Sequence record: OM386663.1
Direction: 5' to 3' (one strand)
Source: Escherichia phage vB_EcoM_ESCO49
DNA: 64,000 nucleotides
Part shown: positions 1-7,045 of the stretch, piece by piece
Layout of the letters: every line of letters begins with the position of its first letter
Numbering within the stretch: position 1 is the stretch's first letter
The notes under the pieces: model-generated
Told to the model about the DNA's origin: nothing
Seen by the model: the letters and a program-made list of their open reading frames with translations, nothing else
Databases searched by the model: none
Position numbers and translations under genes: made by a program

Positions 1-463
1 TTCTGATTGGTAATTTAGCCCATCCAATTAGACCATCATCAAATTTAGACTGGTACTTTCCTTTTTTACCCTGTCGCTTCTTATAAACTTTCTCGTTAAC
101 ACAGAATCCATAAGTGCAGAATGACATTACAGAGTTAATAAAATCTGCCCAATCATGCTCCATGTCATCCATTAAAGAATTAAAGAAGTCTGCTCTTTCA
201 AGCATTTTAGGGTCTTGCTCTTTTCCCTTTGGAGGTACGAATCTCCAGTTGACTTTTCTGACAAACATCTTAATAATATTTACAGATGCTGCTACAGCAG
301 GGTCACGCATCATTAATTGGAAAGTTTTAATACTTTCAGGGAACCTTAGTGCCTGACGAGGTTCTTCATAGATTCTTCCATTCTTAACCTTCAGACCCAA
401 AGAACCTACTTCACCCATCCTAAATGGTGGTAAGCTTTCTTGTGTTTCTGTAATATCTGCCAT
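1..463 (-). CDS. putative portal protein, N-terminal part (continues past the window start)
   Basis: Minus-strand ATG at 463..461 behind an AGGTGAG RBS; frame stays open to the window edge (MADITETQESLPPFRMGEV...). Sits directly downstream of the terminase large subunit. Absent from the ORF track because it has no in-window stop. Confidence 0.4.
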   Translation of the reverse strand, partial: MADITETQESLPPFRMGEVGSLGLKVKNGRIYEEPRQALRFPESIKTFQLMMRDPAVAASVNIIKMFVRKVNWRFVPPKGKEQDPKMLERADFFNSLMDDMEHDWADFINSVMSFCTYGFCVNEKVYKKRQGKKGKYQSKFDDGLIGWAKLPIR

Positions 464-479
464 TCTTCTCACCTAGCTA

Positions 480-2096
480 TCAACGTCTAAGCCCCTCATA
501 TGGGTTTCCTCTCACTAAGTCTGTGTGAACACCCATTGATGGTGGCTTGAATAATTTAACTTCATTAAGACTGTTGAAAGCATCACTGGTAGCATCCACT
601 TGGTCATCTTTAGTTTTGCCATCACCACAAAAGCCTTCAAGCTCTTGAAAGTAAGCTTCATTCCAACTACCTCTCAAGACTTTTACAAGTCCAGCTTCAG
701 AAGCAGCAGAAAATCCCGCAAAGCGGGTAACTTTATCTTTATTTGTTGGTTTAGCTCTTGCACGATAGCCTTTCTCGGCAAGTTTCCTGATGAGGGATGT
801 TGCGTAGGATTTACCAGCAGCGCCTGGGTCTTGAGGGATAAAAATACCAGTTCGCTTACCGTCACTTTCAGCAGTCAAATTAATTTGTGTTTCGACTCCA
901 GAGGGTCTATCTCTAAATCTTACTACATCAATGATATAATAGCAACCGTCTTTTTTAGATTTACCCATCTTAACACCTGCTGTCCAGTCTGGATTAGGGT
1001 TAACCTCAGATGGTAAAGTTGCTGCTAAGTCCCATGCTCTAACATCAAATACATCTTCTGGGAGTGAATCAACAATCTCACACCATTGTCTTTGCCAATA
1101 GTTTGAACCTTCTGCACGAGCCTTCCAGTTACCAAAACGAAGTCTTGCAACGTTTACAGGAGTGTTGTTTTCCAACTTACCACGGTACTTAGGTTCTAAG
1201 AAGTCAAGGATTGGGTTATCATCAATCGTACCAGAGATAAAGGTGTATGTTTGAGGAATCTCAAGAGGGAACATTTCAAGAATCTTATCCCTTTCCCAAT
1301 CAGAAACCATCACACCATCATTCATTACATACCAACGAATACGACCACACTTTTCAGGGTCTGGATAACCTTCTTCATCTAAGAATGGTTCTACCCAATC
1401 GTAAATAAAGTGGTCTCTATCTGGGTTCATGGAAATCTTCATGTATGAATCACCTTCAGCACCAGAACGTAGACGGGTTTGTAGGTATGAAATCTGTGAA
1501 GCAGAGAAGTGTGTACCTTCGTCAAAGTAAATAGCTGAGTATTCAATACCCTGATGACCTTCAGCGTGCTTTTCAAGTTCTAGGTAGGTAAACTTGATAG
1601 TTGCCCCAGAAGGGAATGTGATAGTCATTTTCTGCTCGTGAGGAATCCCACCAAACTTACCAAATAGTTTCTTTGCAGCAGGCCATAAACCACCTTGTAA
1701 CTGTGTTGTGTTTCGACGGAAATACACAGCATTATAGTTGGGGTCTTCAATAAATCTTAAAGAGTCCATTAACAATGCGGCAGTCTTACCAGCACCAGCA
1801 GCACCACCATAAAGAACCAAGTCAGCATTAGTGTTTAAAAAAACCTCTTGAGAACCCGGCTGAGGGGCTACATAGTTCTTATCAGTCATCAATTTAAAGA
1901 TGAGGCGAACTTGGTCTGGTGTGTATCTTAATAAAGTCAGAATTTGAGTTGGAAGGAATTTAGAGGGGTCTTTACCGAATGATTTAATAATTTCTTTTAC
2001 TTCATCAGAAAGCCCCAACTCTCCAGCTAGGACTTTCCTAACATCTTCCACTCGCTTCTGCTTAACAGTATTTAAGTCCATTAAGCGCCTCCGCAA
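480..2096 (-). CDS. terL: terminase large subunit
   Basis: 538 aa; Walker A LYGGAAGAGKT near the N-terminus; size and C-terminal acidic nuclease-like region typical of TerL. Confidence 0.8.
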   Translation of the reverse strand: MRRRLMDLNTVKQKRVEDVRKVLAGELGLSDEVKEIIKSFGKDPSKFLPTQILTLLRYTPDQVRLIFKLMTDKNYVAPQPGSQEVFLNTNADLVLYGGAAGAGKTAALLMDSLRFIEDPNYNAVYFRRNTTQLQGGLWPAAKKLFGKFGGIPHEQKMTITFPSGATIKFTYLELEKHAEGHQGIEYSAIYFDEGTHFSASQISYLQTRLRSGAEGDSYMKISMNPDRDHFIYDWVEPFLDEEGYPDPEKCGRIRWYVMNDGVMVSDWERDKILEMFPLEIPQTYTFISGTIDDNPILDFLEPKYRGKLENNTPVNVARLRFGNWKARAEGSNYWQRQWCEIVDSLPEDVFDVRAWDLAATLPSEVNPNPDWTAGVKMGKSKKDGCYYIIDVVRFRDRPSGVETQINLTAESDGKRTGIFIPQDPGAAGKSYATSLIRKLAEKGYRARAKPTNKDKVTRFAGFSAASEAGLVKVLRGSWNEAYFQELEGFCGDGKTKDDQVDATSDAFNSLNEVKLFKPPSMGVHTDLVRGNPYEGLRR

Positions 2097-2102
2097 ATAG
2101 AA

Positions 2103-2303
2103 TTATTCAGAGTCTGTCGCAGTCTCTTCTTTCTTAACTTCGAACTTTTCATCAACAGCATCAAGAAGTGCATCCATAGATGCTTCTTTAATATCAATAC
2201 CTGTTGCTACAGATAATCTATCTGCAATTGCCATGATAGTATTCTGCATAAACTCTAACTTCTTGTTAGCTTCATAAAGTTCTTTATAAACGTTCTCGCT
2301 CAT
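2103..2303 (-). CDS. small hypothetical protein (66 aa)
   Basis: Track ORF 2103..2378 trimmed to the internal ATG at 2303..2301, which has a GGAGA RBS; the upstream part of the track ORF overlaps a terminator hairpin. Confidence 0.4.
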   Translation of the reverse strand: MSENVYKELYEANKKLEFMQNTIMAIADRLSVATGIDIKEASMDALLDAVDEKFEVKKEETATDSE

Positions 2304-2338
2304 TATGTTTTCTCCAAATAATAAATCTTGTTTCCCCT

Positions 2339-2363
2339 TAAAAAAGACGGCACGGAGACCGTC
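2339..2363 (-). terminator. rho-independent terminator at the end of the tRNA transcription unit
   Basis: Hairpin GACGG-CACGGAGA-CCGTC (2346-2363) followed on the minus strand by a U-run (plus-strand A-run 2339-2345). Confidence 0.5.
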
Positions 2364-2525
2364 AAGGAGAAACCACAATGTACGTCAGAGACATACTGTA
2401 TAAGTCTTCCTATAAAGTATAACTCTGTAAAAAAGCCCTGTCTAAAAATACTCTTCGGTAGCGAAAGGAAGAATACTTATAGCAGGGCATTATTATTATT
2501 TTAATTGAGAGAGAGTAAAATAACT

Positions 2526-2601
2526 TGGAGAATCCGAAGGGACTTGAACCCTTATAAACCTGTTTTGCAGACAGGCACATATCCATTTCTGTCACGGATT
2601 C
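2526..2601 (-). tRNA. tRNA-Cys (anticodon GCA)
   Basis: CCA encoded; perfect 7-bp acceptor (2530-2536 with 2595-2601); T-arm AAGGG/ACTTGAA/CCCTT; anticodon stem CCTGT/ACAGG, loop reads CUGCAAA. Confidence 0.75.
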
Positions 2602-2606
2602 GAAAT

Positions 2607-2697
2607 TGGGGGAAGATACCAGACTTGAACTGGTACACCGATTTCTCAGCTACTGGCAGTTTAGCAAACTGCTCCCTTACCTTTAGGGTTAATCTTC
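2607..2697 (-). tRNA. tRNA-Ser (anticodon GCU), type II
   Basis: Perfect acceptor (2611-2617 with 2691-2697); T-arm ACCAG/ACTTGAA/CTGGT; 21-nt variable arm; anticodon loop UUGCUAA. Confidence 0.7.
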
Positions 2698-2699
2698 CA

Positions 2700-3434
2700 T
2701 TATCTCTGTAATGCGCTCTTCATTTCTGGTGTTGCAATAGTATCAATCACACCAGTTTTACAAGCATCATCAAACCAGTCTGGTAAGATACCTGCTAAGA
2801 ACCCATTGATATTCGTTTTAAGGTACTCTGCAATAAGGGCAGCTTCTTCTTCAATCATCTGCACAACTTCATCTGCATAAGCTGTAATCTTTGAGATACC
2901 TTCATTAATCTTACTAACAGCCTGATTAGCTAAATCAGAAACAGTCTCAAGACCCTTATCAATAGCGTCTTGTAAGTCACTTAACACACCATTAACACTG
3001 TCTAGTGTGCTGTTAATCATGTCAATAGCTTGCTGACCATACTCTGTAGCAACACCCATAATACCACTAAATGGTGTACAACCAACTTGTTCTCCTGCTG
3101 CACCCATAACATTGGAGTATCCCTTTGCTACCTGCATACGTGATGAAAACTCATCAATAGACTTTTGACCGTAGTCTGTTAGGGTCTTAGTAGTTGCTGT
3201 AGTGCTTGTAAGGCTTGTTGTAAAGCTGTTTAGAAGGACTGTTGTGAGTCCAGCAGCAACAAGCTTCTCCTTCATTGTAGGGTCTGTTACAGAGCTAATA
3301 GAGCTTACAAGTGATGTAGAGGCAGCTACGGTTCCACCGAGAACTGCTGCACCAGTAATAAGTGGGTTAGAAAACCCTCTACCGGTTTTTAAGAGATTAA
3401 AAATCTCCTTACCTTGTTCTGTCATCTCTTTCAT
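2700..3434 (-). CDS. hypothetical protein (Ala/Ser/Thr/Gly-rich, about 244 aa)
   Basis: Track ORF 2700..3482 trimmed to the ATG at 3434..3432 because the upstream part overlaps a tRNA; low-complexity N-terminal half, helical C-terminal half. Confidence 0.4.
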   Translation of the reverse strand: MKEMTEQGKEIFNLLKTGRGFSNPLITGAAVLGGTVAASTSLVSSISSVTDPTMKEKLVAAGLTTVLLNSFTTSLTSTTATTKTLTDYGQKSIDEFSSRMQVAKGYSNVMGAAGEQVGCTPFSGIMGVATEYGQQAIDMINSTLDSVNGVLSDLQDAIDKGLETVSDLANQAVSKINEGISKITAYADEVVQMIEEEAALIAEYLKTNINGFLAGILPDWFDDACKTGVIDTIATPEMKSALQR

Positions 3435-3450
3435 TAAGCACCTTTGAAAT

Positions 3451-3521
3451 TGGTACTCCATATCGGATTCGAACCGATACATAACACAGATTTTAAGTCT
3501 GGCCTCTCTGCCAATTGGAGT
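3451..3521 (-). tRNA. compact tRNA, anticodon UAA (Leu by anticodon; atypical)
   Basis: CCA encoded; T-arm ATCGG/ATTCGAA/CCGAT; 6 of 7 acceptor pairs; short D-arm; 4-bp anticodon stem, loop CUUAAAA. Fold is non-canonical, so isotype is uncertain. Confidence 0.45.
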
Positions 3522-3531
3522 AATGGAGCAT

Positions 3532-3607
3532 TGGCTGGGGATGTTGGAATTGAACCAACTTCTTCGATTTCAAAGACCGAGGTTTTAACCTTGTAAACTA
3601 ATCCCCT
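3532..3607 (-). tRNA. tRNA-Gln (anticodon UUG)
   Basis: CCA encoded; T-arm GTTGG/AATTGAA/CCAAC; acceptor 3536-3542 with 3601-3607 (1:72 unpaired); anticodon loop CUUUGAA. Confidence 0.6.
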
Positions 3608-3615
3608 TTAAATCT

Positions 3616-4173
3616 TTACTTTCTCAGTGGATGAATAAAGAATGCCAACATAACTCTTTCCCTTGAGAATGCTCTTTCTTCTGGGACAACACTTTTTAGT
3701 TTCCATCCAATATAAATTCTCCAGTAAAACTGTTTACCAAAGATTTTAATTGATGGGATAAAAGCGAATAATCCCCAAGCATTGCTATTCCACATTAGGA
3801 GATAACCAGTCTGATTATCTTCAGGGTCAGAACTTACGCTGATATTACCTTTCCACTTAGTAACATCTTTTACATCTCTTCCTAATACATGGTAAGAGAA
3901 GTTATAAGCTTTGTTTCTCCAGAGCCATCCAACTCTCTGCATGTAGACACCCAGCTTACCAATCTTTCTAATCTTAGCCCATCTTTTAACGTGGCCTTCA
4001 TCACCATCAATCGGGTTGTCATAGGTCTCCATCCATCTGAATCCAAAAGGTAGATGCCCTTTCTTCTCACTGTAGAATGGAACCACGAAAGGTGCTAAGA
4101 TGACTGCTAGGGTTGCTGCAAATGGTTCTAGTAAAGCTAGGAAAATCCATGAAGCATACTTCAAATATCTCAT
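3616..4173 (-). CDS. hypothetical membrane protein embedded in the tRNA cluster
   Basis: 185-aa ORF with a hydrophobic N-terminal segment (WIFLALLEPFAATLAVILAPFVVPF); fills the gap between tRNAs without overlapping them. Confidence 0.35.
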   Translation of the reverse strand: MRYLKYASWIFLALLEPFAATLAVILAPFVVPFYSEKKGHLPFGFRWMETYDNPIDGDEGHVKRWAKIRKIGKLGVYMQRVGWLWRNKAYNFSYHVLGRDVKDVTKWKGNISVSSDPEDNQTGYLLMWNSNAWGLFAFIPSIKIFGKQFYWRIYIGWKLKSVVPEERAFSRERVMLAFFIHPLRK

Positions 4174-4192
4174 CTAAATAGCCTCTTAAAAT

Positions 4193-4270
4193 TGGTGTTC
4201 CAAGACGGATTCGAACCGTCACTAATACAAGGTTTGAGCTTGCATCCTCTGCCAATTGGGATACTGGAAC
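4193..4270 (-). tRNA. tRNA with anticodon CAA (Leu by anticodon; short variable arm)
   Basis: CCA encoded; T-arm GACGG/ATTCGAA/CCGTC; acceptor 4197-4203 with 4264-4270 (one G-U); anticodon stem 5 bp including G-U, loop CUCAAAC. Confidence 0.55.
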
Positions 4271-4271
4271 A

Positions 4272-4346
4272 TGGTACTCACTAAAGGACTTGAACCTTTT
4301 TCTTCATCTTGTAAGGGTGATGTTTTACCATATAAACTAAGCGAGT
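4272..4346 (-). tRNA. tRNA-Val (anticodon UAC)
   Basis: CCA encoded; T-arm AAAGG/ACTTGAA/CCTTT; acceptor with one mismatch; anticodon loop CUUACAA. Confidence 0.6.
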
Positions 4347-4441
4347 GTGAAAGAGGTCTGAAGTTGTGCCGCTAACTCAACTCCGTGGAATTTGTTACGG
4401 TCTTCAGTTGACACCAGCGGTCTTTCACTTGACCTCTGAAT

Positions 4442-4518
4442 TGGTGCTGCTCACAGGACTCGAACCTGCATTTCCATCCTTACAAGGGATGTGTAATAGC
4501 CAATTATACGAAAGCAGC
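4442..4518 (-). tRNA. tRNA-Thr (anticodon UGU)
   Basis: CCA encoded; T-loop ACTCGAA; perfect anticodon stem CATCC/GGATG, loop CUUGUAA; acceptor 6 bp plus G-U. Confidence 0.7.
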
Positions 4519-4524
4519 ATTATT

Positions 4525-4599
4525 TGGAGCATCCAGAGGGAATCGAACCCTCAACCTCAGTTTGGAAGACTGTAATTTTCCCGTTTAAACTATGGATGC
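4525..4599 (-). tRNA. tRNA-Gly (anticodon UCC)
   Basis: CCA encoded; perfect acceptor (4529-4535 with 4593-4599); T-arm GAGGG/AATCGAA/CCCTC; anticodon loop CUUCCAA. Confidence 0.7.
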
Positions 4600-4605
4600 A
4601 CTAAT

Positions 4606-4681
4606 TGGTGGAGAAGCAGGGAATTGAACCCTGTACTTAAGTTTGCAAAACTTATGTTTTAACCATGTAAACTACATCCCC
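4606..4681 (-). tRNA. tRNA-Ala (anticodon UGC)
   Basis: CCA encoded; T-arm CAGGG/AATTGAA/CCCTG; D-stem GUUU/AAAC; perfect anticodon stem UAAGU/ACUUA, loop UUUGCAA. Confidence 0.7.
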
Positions 4682-4687
4682 AATGTT

Positions 4688-4763
4688 TGGTACAGGTGGA
4701 GGGAATTGAACCCATCGTCTTACTGATTAAGAGTCAGCCGCATAACCATTTTGCTACACCTGC
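4688..4763 (-). tRNA. tRNA-Lys (anticodon CUU)
   Basis: CCA encoded; acceptor GCAGGUG/CACCUGU with G1-U72; T-loop UUCAAUU; anticodon stem GCUGA/UCAGU, loop CUCUUAA. Confidence 0.6.
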
Positions 4764-4770
4764 ATTAATT

Positions 4771-4847
4771 TGGTACACCTAGAGAGATTCGAACTCACAC
4801 TGAGCAGATTCTAAGTCTGCTGCCTCTACCAGTTGGGCTATAGGTGC
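4771..4847 (-). tRNA. tRNA with anticodon UAG (Leu by anticodon; short variable arm)
   Basis: CCA encoded; T-arm GAGAG/ATTCGAA/CTCAC; perfect anticodon stem GCAGA/TCTGC, loop CUUAGAA; canonical D-loop AACUGGUAG; 5-nt variable region. Confidence 0.6.
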
Positions 4848-5102
4848 ATTAAACCTTTTTAGAGAACTTCTAAGAACCTAAGCAACAAGGTTCCACAACA
4901 AGCCGTAATAACCTTAGAAGCCCTCTAAAAAGACCTAAAAAGGTCTTTGCATAGTCTTGTTTAATCCGGTGACTAGAACCTTTGGAGAGCTTGATATTAT
5001 CTCTTCTCCGTGACACCTGCTAGGTGCTTTATGAGTGTGTACGACAATACACGCGGGATACCAAAGCAACACCCTAATGAAGCTTGGCTTTAAATCTTAT
5101 TA

Positions 5103-5192
5103 GGCGGTAAGTAAAGGAGTCGAACCCTCACCGTATCTCTACAGTGGCAACTGTTTTCAAGACAGTTTGGCTACCATTAGCCGCTACCTACC
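5103..5192 (-). tRNA. tRNA-Ser (anticodon UGA), type II
   Basis: Acceptor GGUAGGU/ACUUACC; 3-bp D-stem; perfect anticodon stem ACUGU/ACAGU, loop CUUGAAA; about 20-nt variable arm; T-loop UUCGACU; 3' end CC without the final A. Confidence 0.65.
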
Positions 5193-5205
5193 CCTAATAA
5201 GACTT

Positions 5206-5288
5206 TGGCATGGGACGGAGGAGTTGAACCCCTTTGAAACGGTGTTGGAAGCCGTTGCTCATGCCTTAGAGTCTTAACATCGTCCCAT
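5206..5288 (-). tRNA. tRNA, probably Trp (anticodon CCA), 80 nt with enlarged D region
   Basis: CCA encoded; perfect acceptor (5210-5216 with 5282-5288); T-loop AGTTGAA; best anticodon loop UUCCAAC; D region is about 7 nt longer than canonical. Confidence 0.45.
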
Positions 5289-5431
5289 ACTATAATTCGA
5301 AGCTTACCGTATTATCTCAACACTGTAAAGCCCCTTCTCAGATTATTTACATGTTCTGGAAAACATGAGATACAGACCACCTCCCTACAGGAAGACCCGC
5401 TTAGGTCGTCTAAGTAATCTGCTAACTAAAT

Positions 5432-5518
5432 TGGTCGAGGCGGCAGGACTCGAACCCGCATACTCCACTTACTCGGTTAACGTCTGTTTAGAAGACAGAT
5501 GAGATACGCCCCGTAATT
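5432..5518 (-). tRNA. atypical tRNA-like gene (anticodon-type loop UCU; canonical D-arm not foldable)
   Basis: CCA encoded; good acceptor CGGGGCG/CGCCUCG and T-arm GCGGG/UUCGAGU/CCUGC; perfect hairpin UCUGU/ACAGA with loop CUUCUAA; only 7 nt where the D-arm should be and 23 nt between that hairpin and the T-arm. Confidence 0.4.
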
Positions 5519-5850
5519 ATCTTTAAAGACTCTCTTAGAAAGCCCTTAAAGATGCCCACCTTATTAATCATACCGTGGGCTAGTACGCCAAATTCTTTGA
5601 TGAGGGATTGGAAGACCTCACTGGTGTTTAGCCTATCAAGCTACTGCCAGAAAAACATTGTCGTTTGCATTTATTTTAAATTTGCAAAATAGACGCTACG
5701 CAACGAAAACTATTCAGAATATGTACAACAAATTTCCCCACATTGTGTTACGTCTAACGCTCATGTATTGGTGTTTGAATTATACATATTATGAAGTATT
5801 TTAGTTACTATAAAGTGGTCACATCTCAATGTCAACAACTTTATTGAAAT

Positions 5851-5926
5851 TGGTACTGGTAGGTGGAATCGAACCACCGACGTTCCCTTATCAGGGGAGT
5901 GTTATAACCTTCTTAACTATACCAGC
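5851..5926 (-). tRNA. tRNA-Ile (anticodon GAU)
   Basis: CCA encoded; perfect T-arm GGTGG/AATCGAA/CCACC; acceptor with G1-U72; anticodon loop CUGAUAA. Confidence 0.65.
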
Positions 5927-5927
5927 T

Positions 5928-6004
5928 TGGAGGTTCAGATGGGAATCGAACCCACATTCATAGGGCTTATGAGACCCTTGCATTACCTTATCTGCGACTG
6001 AACC
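5928..6004 (-). tRNA. tRNA-Met (anticodon CAU; elongator-type, or Ile2 if lysidinylated)
   Basis: CCA encoded; perfect acceptor (5932-5938 with 5998-6004); T-loop AATCGAA; anticodon stem AGGGU/GCCCU, loop CUCAUAA. Confidence 0.65.
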
Positions 6005-6008
6005 ATTT

Positions 6009-6084
6009 TGGTAGAAGTGGAGGGACTCGAACCCATCGCCTGTCAGATTAAAAGTCTGCCACATCACTATTCTGCTACACTTCC
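6009..6084 (-). tRNA. tRNA-Lys (anticodon UUU)
   Basis: CCA encoded; T-loop ACTCGAA; acceptor with G1-U72; anticodon loop CUUUUAA. Confidence 0.6.
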
Positions 6085-6278
6085 ATTAAATTATCTTTGT
6101 AGATAAGCTACCCAGACTTGCTTAAGGTCTGTAGCGATGTGACTTTTTGGGTTTAAATCTAGAATTTACCCTTTCACCCTTTGTGGTCGCATACTCACAG
6201 GTAAGCTTAATAACTTATCTACAAAGATAATTACCAGACCATTGTTTATCATCTTAACTAGATATCTCATAAAGTGTT

Positions 6279-6366
6279 TGGTGTGCCGTGTAGGAGTCGA
6301 ACCTACCGAGTCTCAATGACAAGGGATTTACAGTCCCCACCGCTACCATCTACGGGATAACGACAC
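6279..6366 (-). tRNA. tRNA-Tyr (anticodon GUA), type II
   Basis: CCA encoded; perfect T-arm GTAGG/AGTCGAA/CCTAC; 3-bp D-stem; anticodon stem GGGGA/UCCCU, loop CUGUAAA; about 15-nt variable arm. Confidence 0.6.
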
Positions 6367-6435
6367 ATCTAATTTCTATTCAGGCTAAGGACTTGCACCT
6401 TACAAATCGGTGAGTAATCGCTTCTCTCCTAAATT

Positions 6436-6512
6436 TGGCGGTTAGTCAGGGATTCGAACCCTGTGCCATTCGCTTAACAGGCGACCGCACATACCTTATG
6501 TGCTTCCTAACC
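6436..6512 (-). tRNA. tRNA-Asn (anticodon GUU)
   Basis: CCA encoded; perfect T-arm CAGGG/ATTCGAA/CCCTG; acceptor 6 bp; anticodon stem UCGC/GCGA, loop CUGUUAA. Confidence 0.6.
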
Positions 6513-6597
6513 ATGTTTAGTATTACCAGACCGTATCTTTCAATTTTTTCTGCTAAAAATTTAATAAATATTGCTGTAAACGGTCTTCTGTAAAATT

Positions 6598-6674
6598 TGG
6601 AGGCGGGTGCAGGAGTCGAACCTGCCGATACCATGCTAATGAGACATGTGAGACGCCCTTTCTCTATACCCGCA
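6598..6674 (-). tRNA. second CAU-anticodon tRNA (Met, fMet or Ile2)
   Basis: CCA encoded; perfect T-arm GCAGG/AGTCGAA/CCTGC; acceptor 6 bp with 1:72 unpaired; anticodon stem CAUGU/GCAUG, loop CUCAUUA. Confidence 0.6.
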
Positions 6675-6804
6675 ATTCTTAATGACCAGACCAAATCTCT
6701 TCTTTGTCCGATTTACCTTCAGATGAATAAGATTAAGTTTGCTGTAATTGGTCTTCTGTCAAAACTGGCGTTCCAGAAGGGATTTGTCTACTGGAACATT
6801 AATT

Positions 6805-6881
6805 TGGTCTCTGTTGGAGGACTTGAACCTCCGGCCTTACCGCCCCAAACGGAACGCTCTACCAAGCTGAGCTAAACAGAG
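6805..6881 (-). tRNA. tRNA-Pro (anticodon UGG)
   Basis: CCA encoded; perfect acceptor (6809-6815 with 6875-6881); perfect T-arm GGAGG/ACTTGAA/CCTCC; anticodon loop UUUGGGG. Confidence 0.65.
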
Positions 6882-7045
6882 ATAAACTTTTCAAACTCTA
6901 TGTAACCACTTTAACACTATTTTTTAGTGGCTGTCAAGAACTTTTTTAAAATATTTTCAGTATCTTAGAAAAGCTCTCGTTTCGTTTCTATGTAGAACAT
7001 ATTAAAGGGTATTAAACACATTGTCAATACCCTTTTTAAAACTTT

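Noticed and set aside
114-356. Plus-strand 80-aa ORF at the window start
   Set aside because: It lies inside the open minus-strand frame that starts at 463 with a good RBS (putative portal); no RBS and low-complexity product.
600-1016. Plus-strand 138-aa ORF, and minus-strand 683..865, inside the terminase gene
   Set aside because: Both are fully embedded in the 538-aa terminase large subunit frame, which has clear motifs; alternative-frame artefacts.
4366-4575. Plus-strand 69-aa ORF across the tRNA cluster (also 6446..6694 minus and 6597..6875 plus)
   Set aside because: These ORFs run through several confidently folded tRNA genes; their translations are low-complexity.
5520-5850. 330-bp tRNA-free, ORF-free spacer examined for extra tRNAs
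   Set aside because: No T-loop or acceptor pairing found on either strand. It is AT-rich with TTGCA-type motifs and more likely holds promoters for the leftward tRNA units, but I could not pin down -35/-10 elements confidently.
6367-6435. tRNA-like T-arm (TAAGG/ACTTGCA/CCTTA) with partial acceptor pairing
   Set aside because: With the best acceptor pairing the molecule would be only about 56 nt with no anticodon arm; treated as a degenerate fragment.
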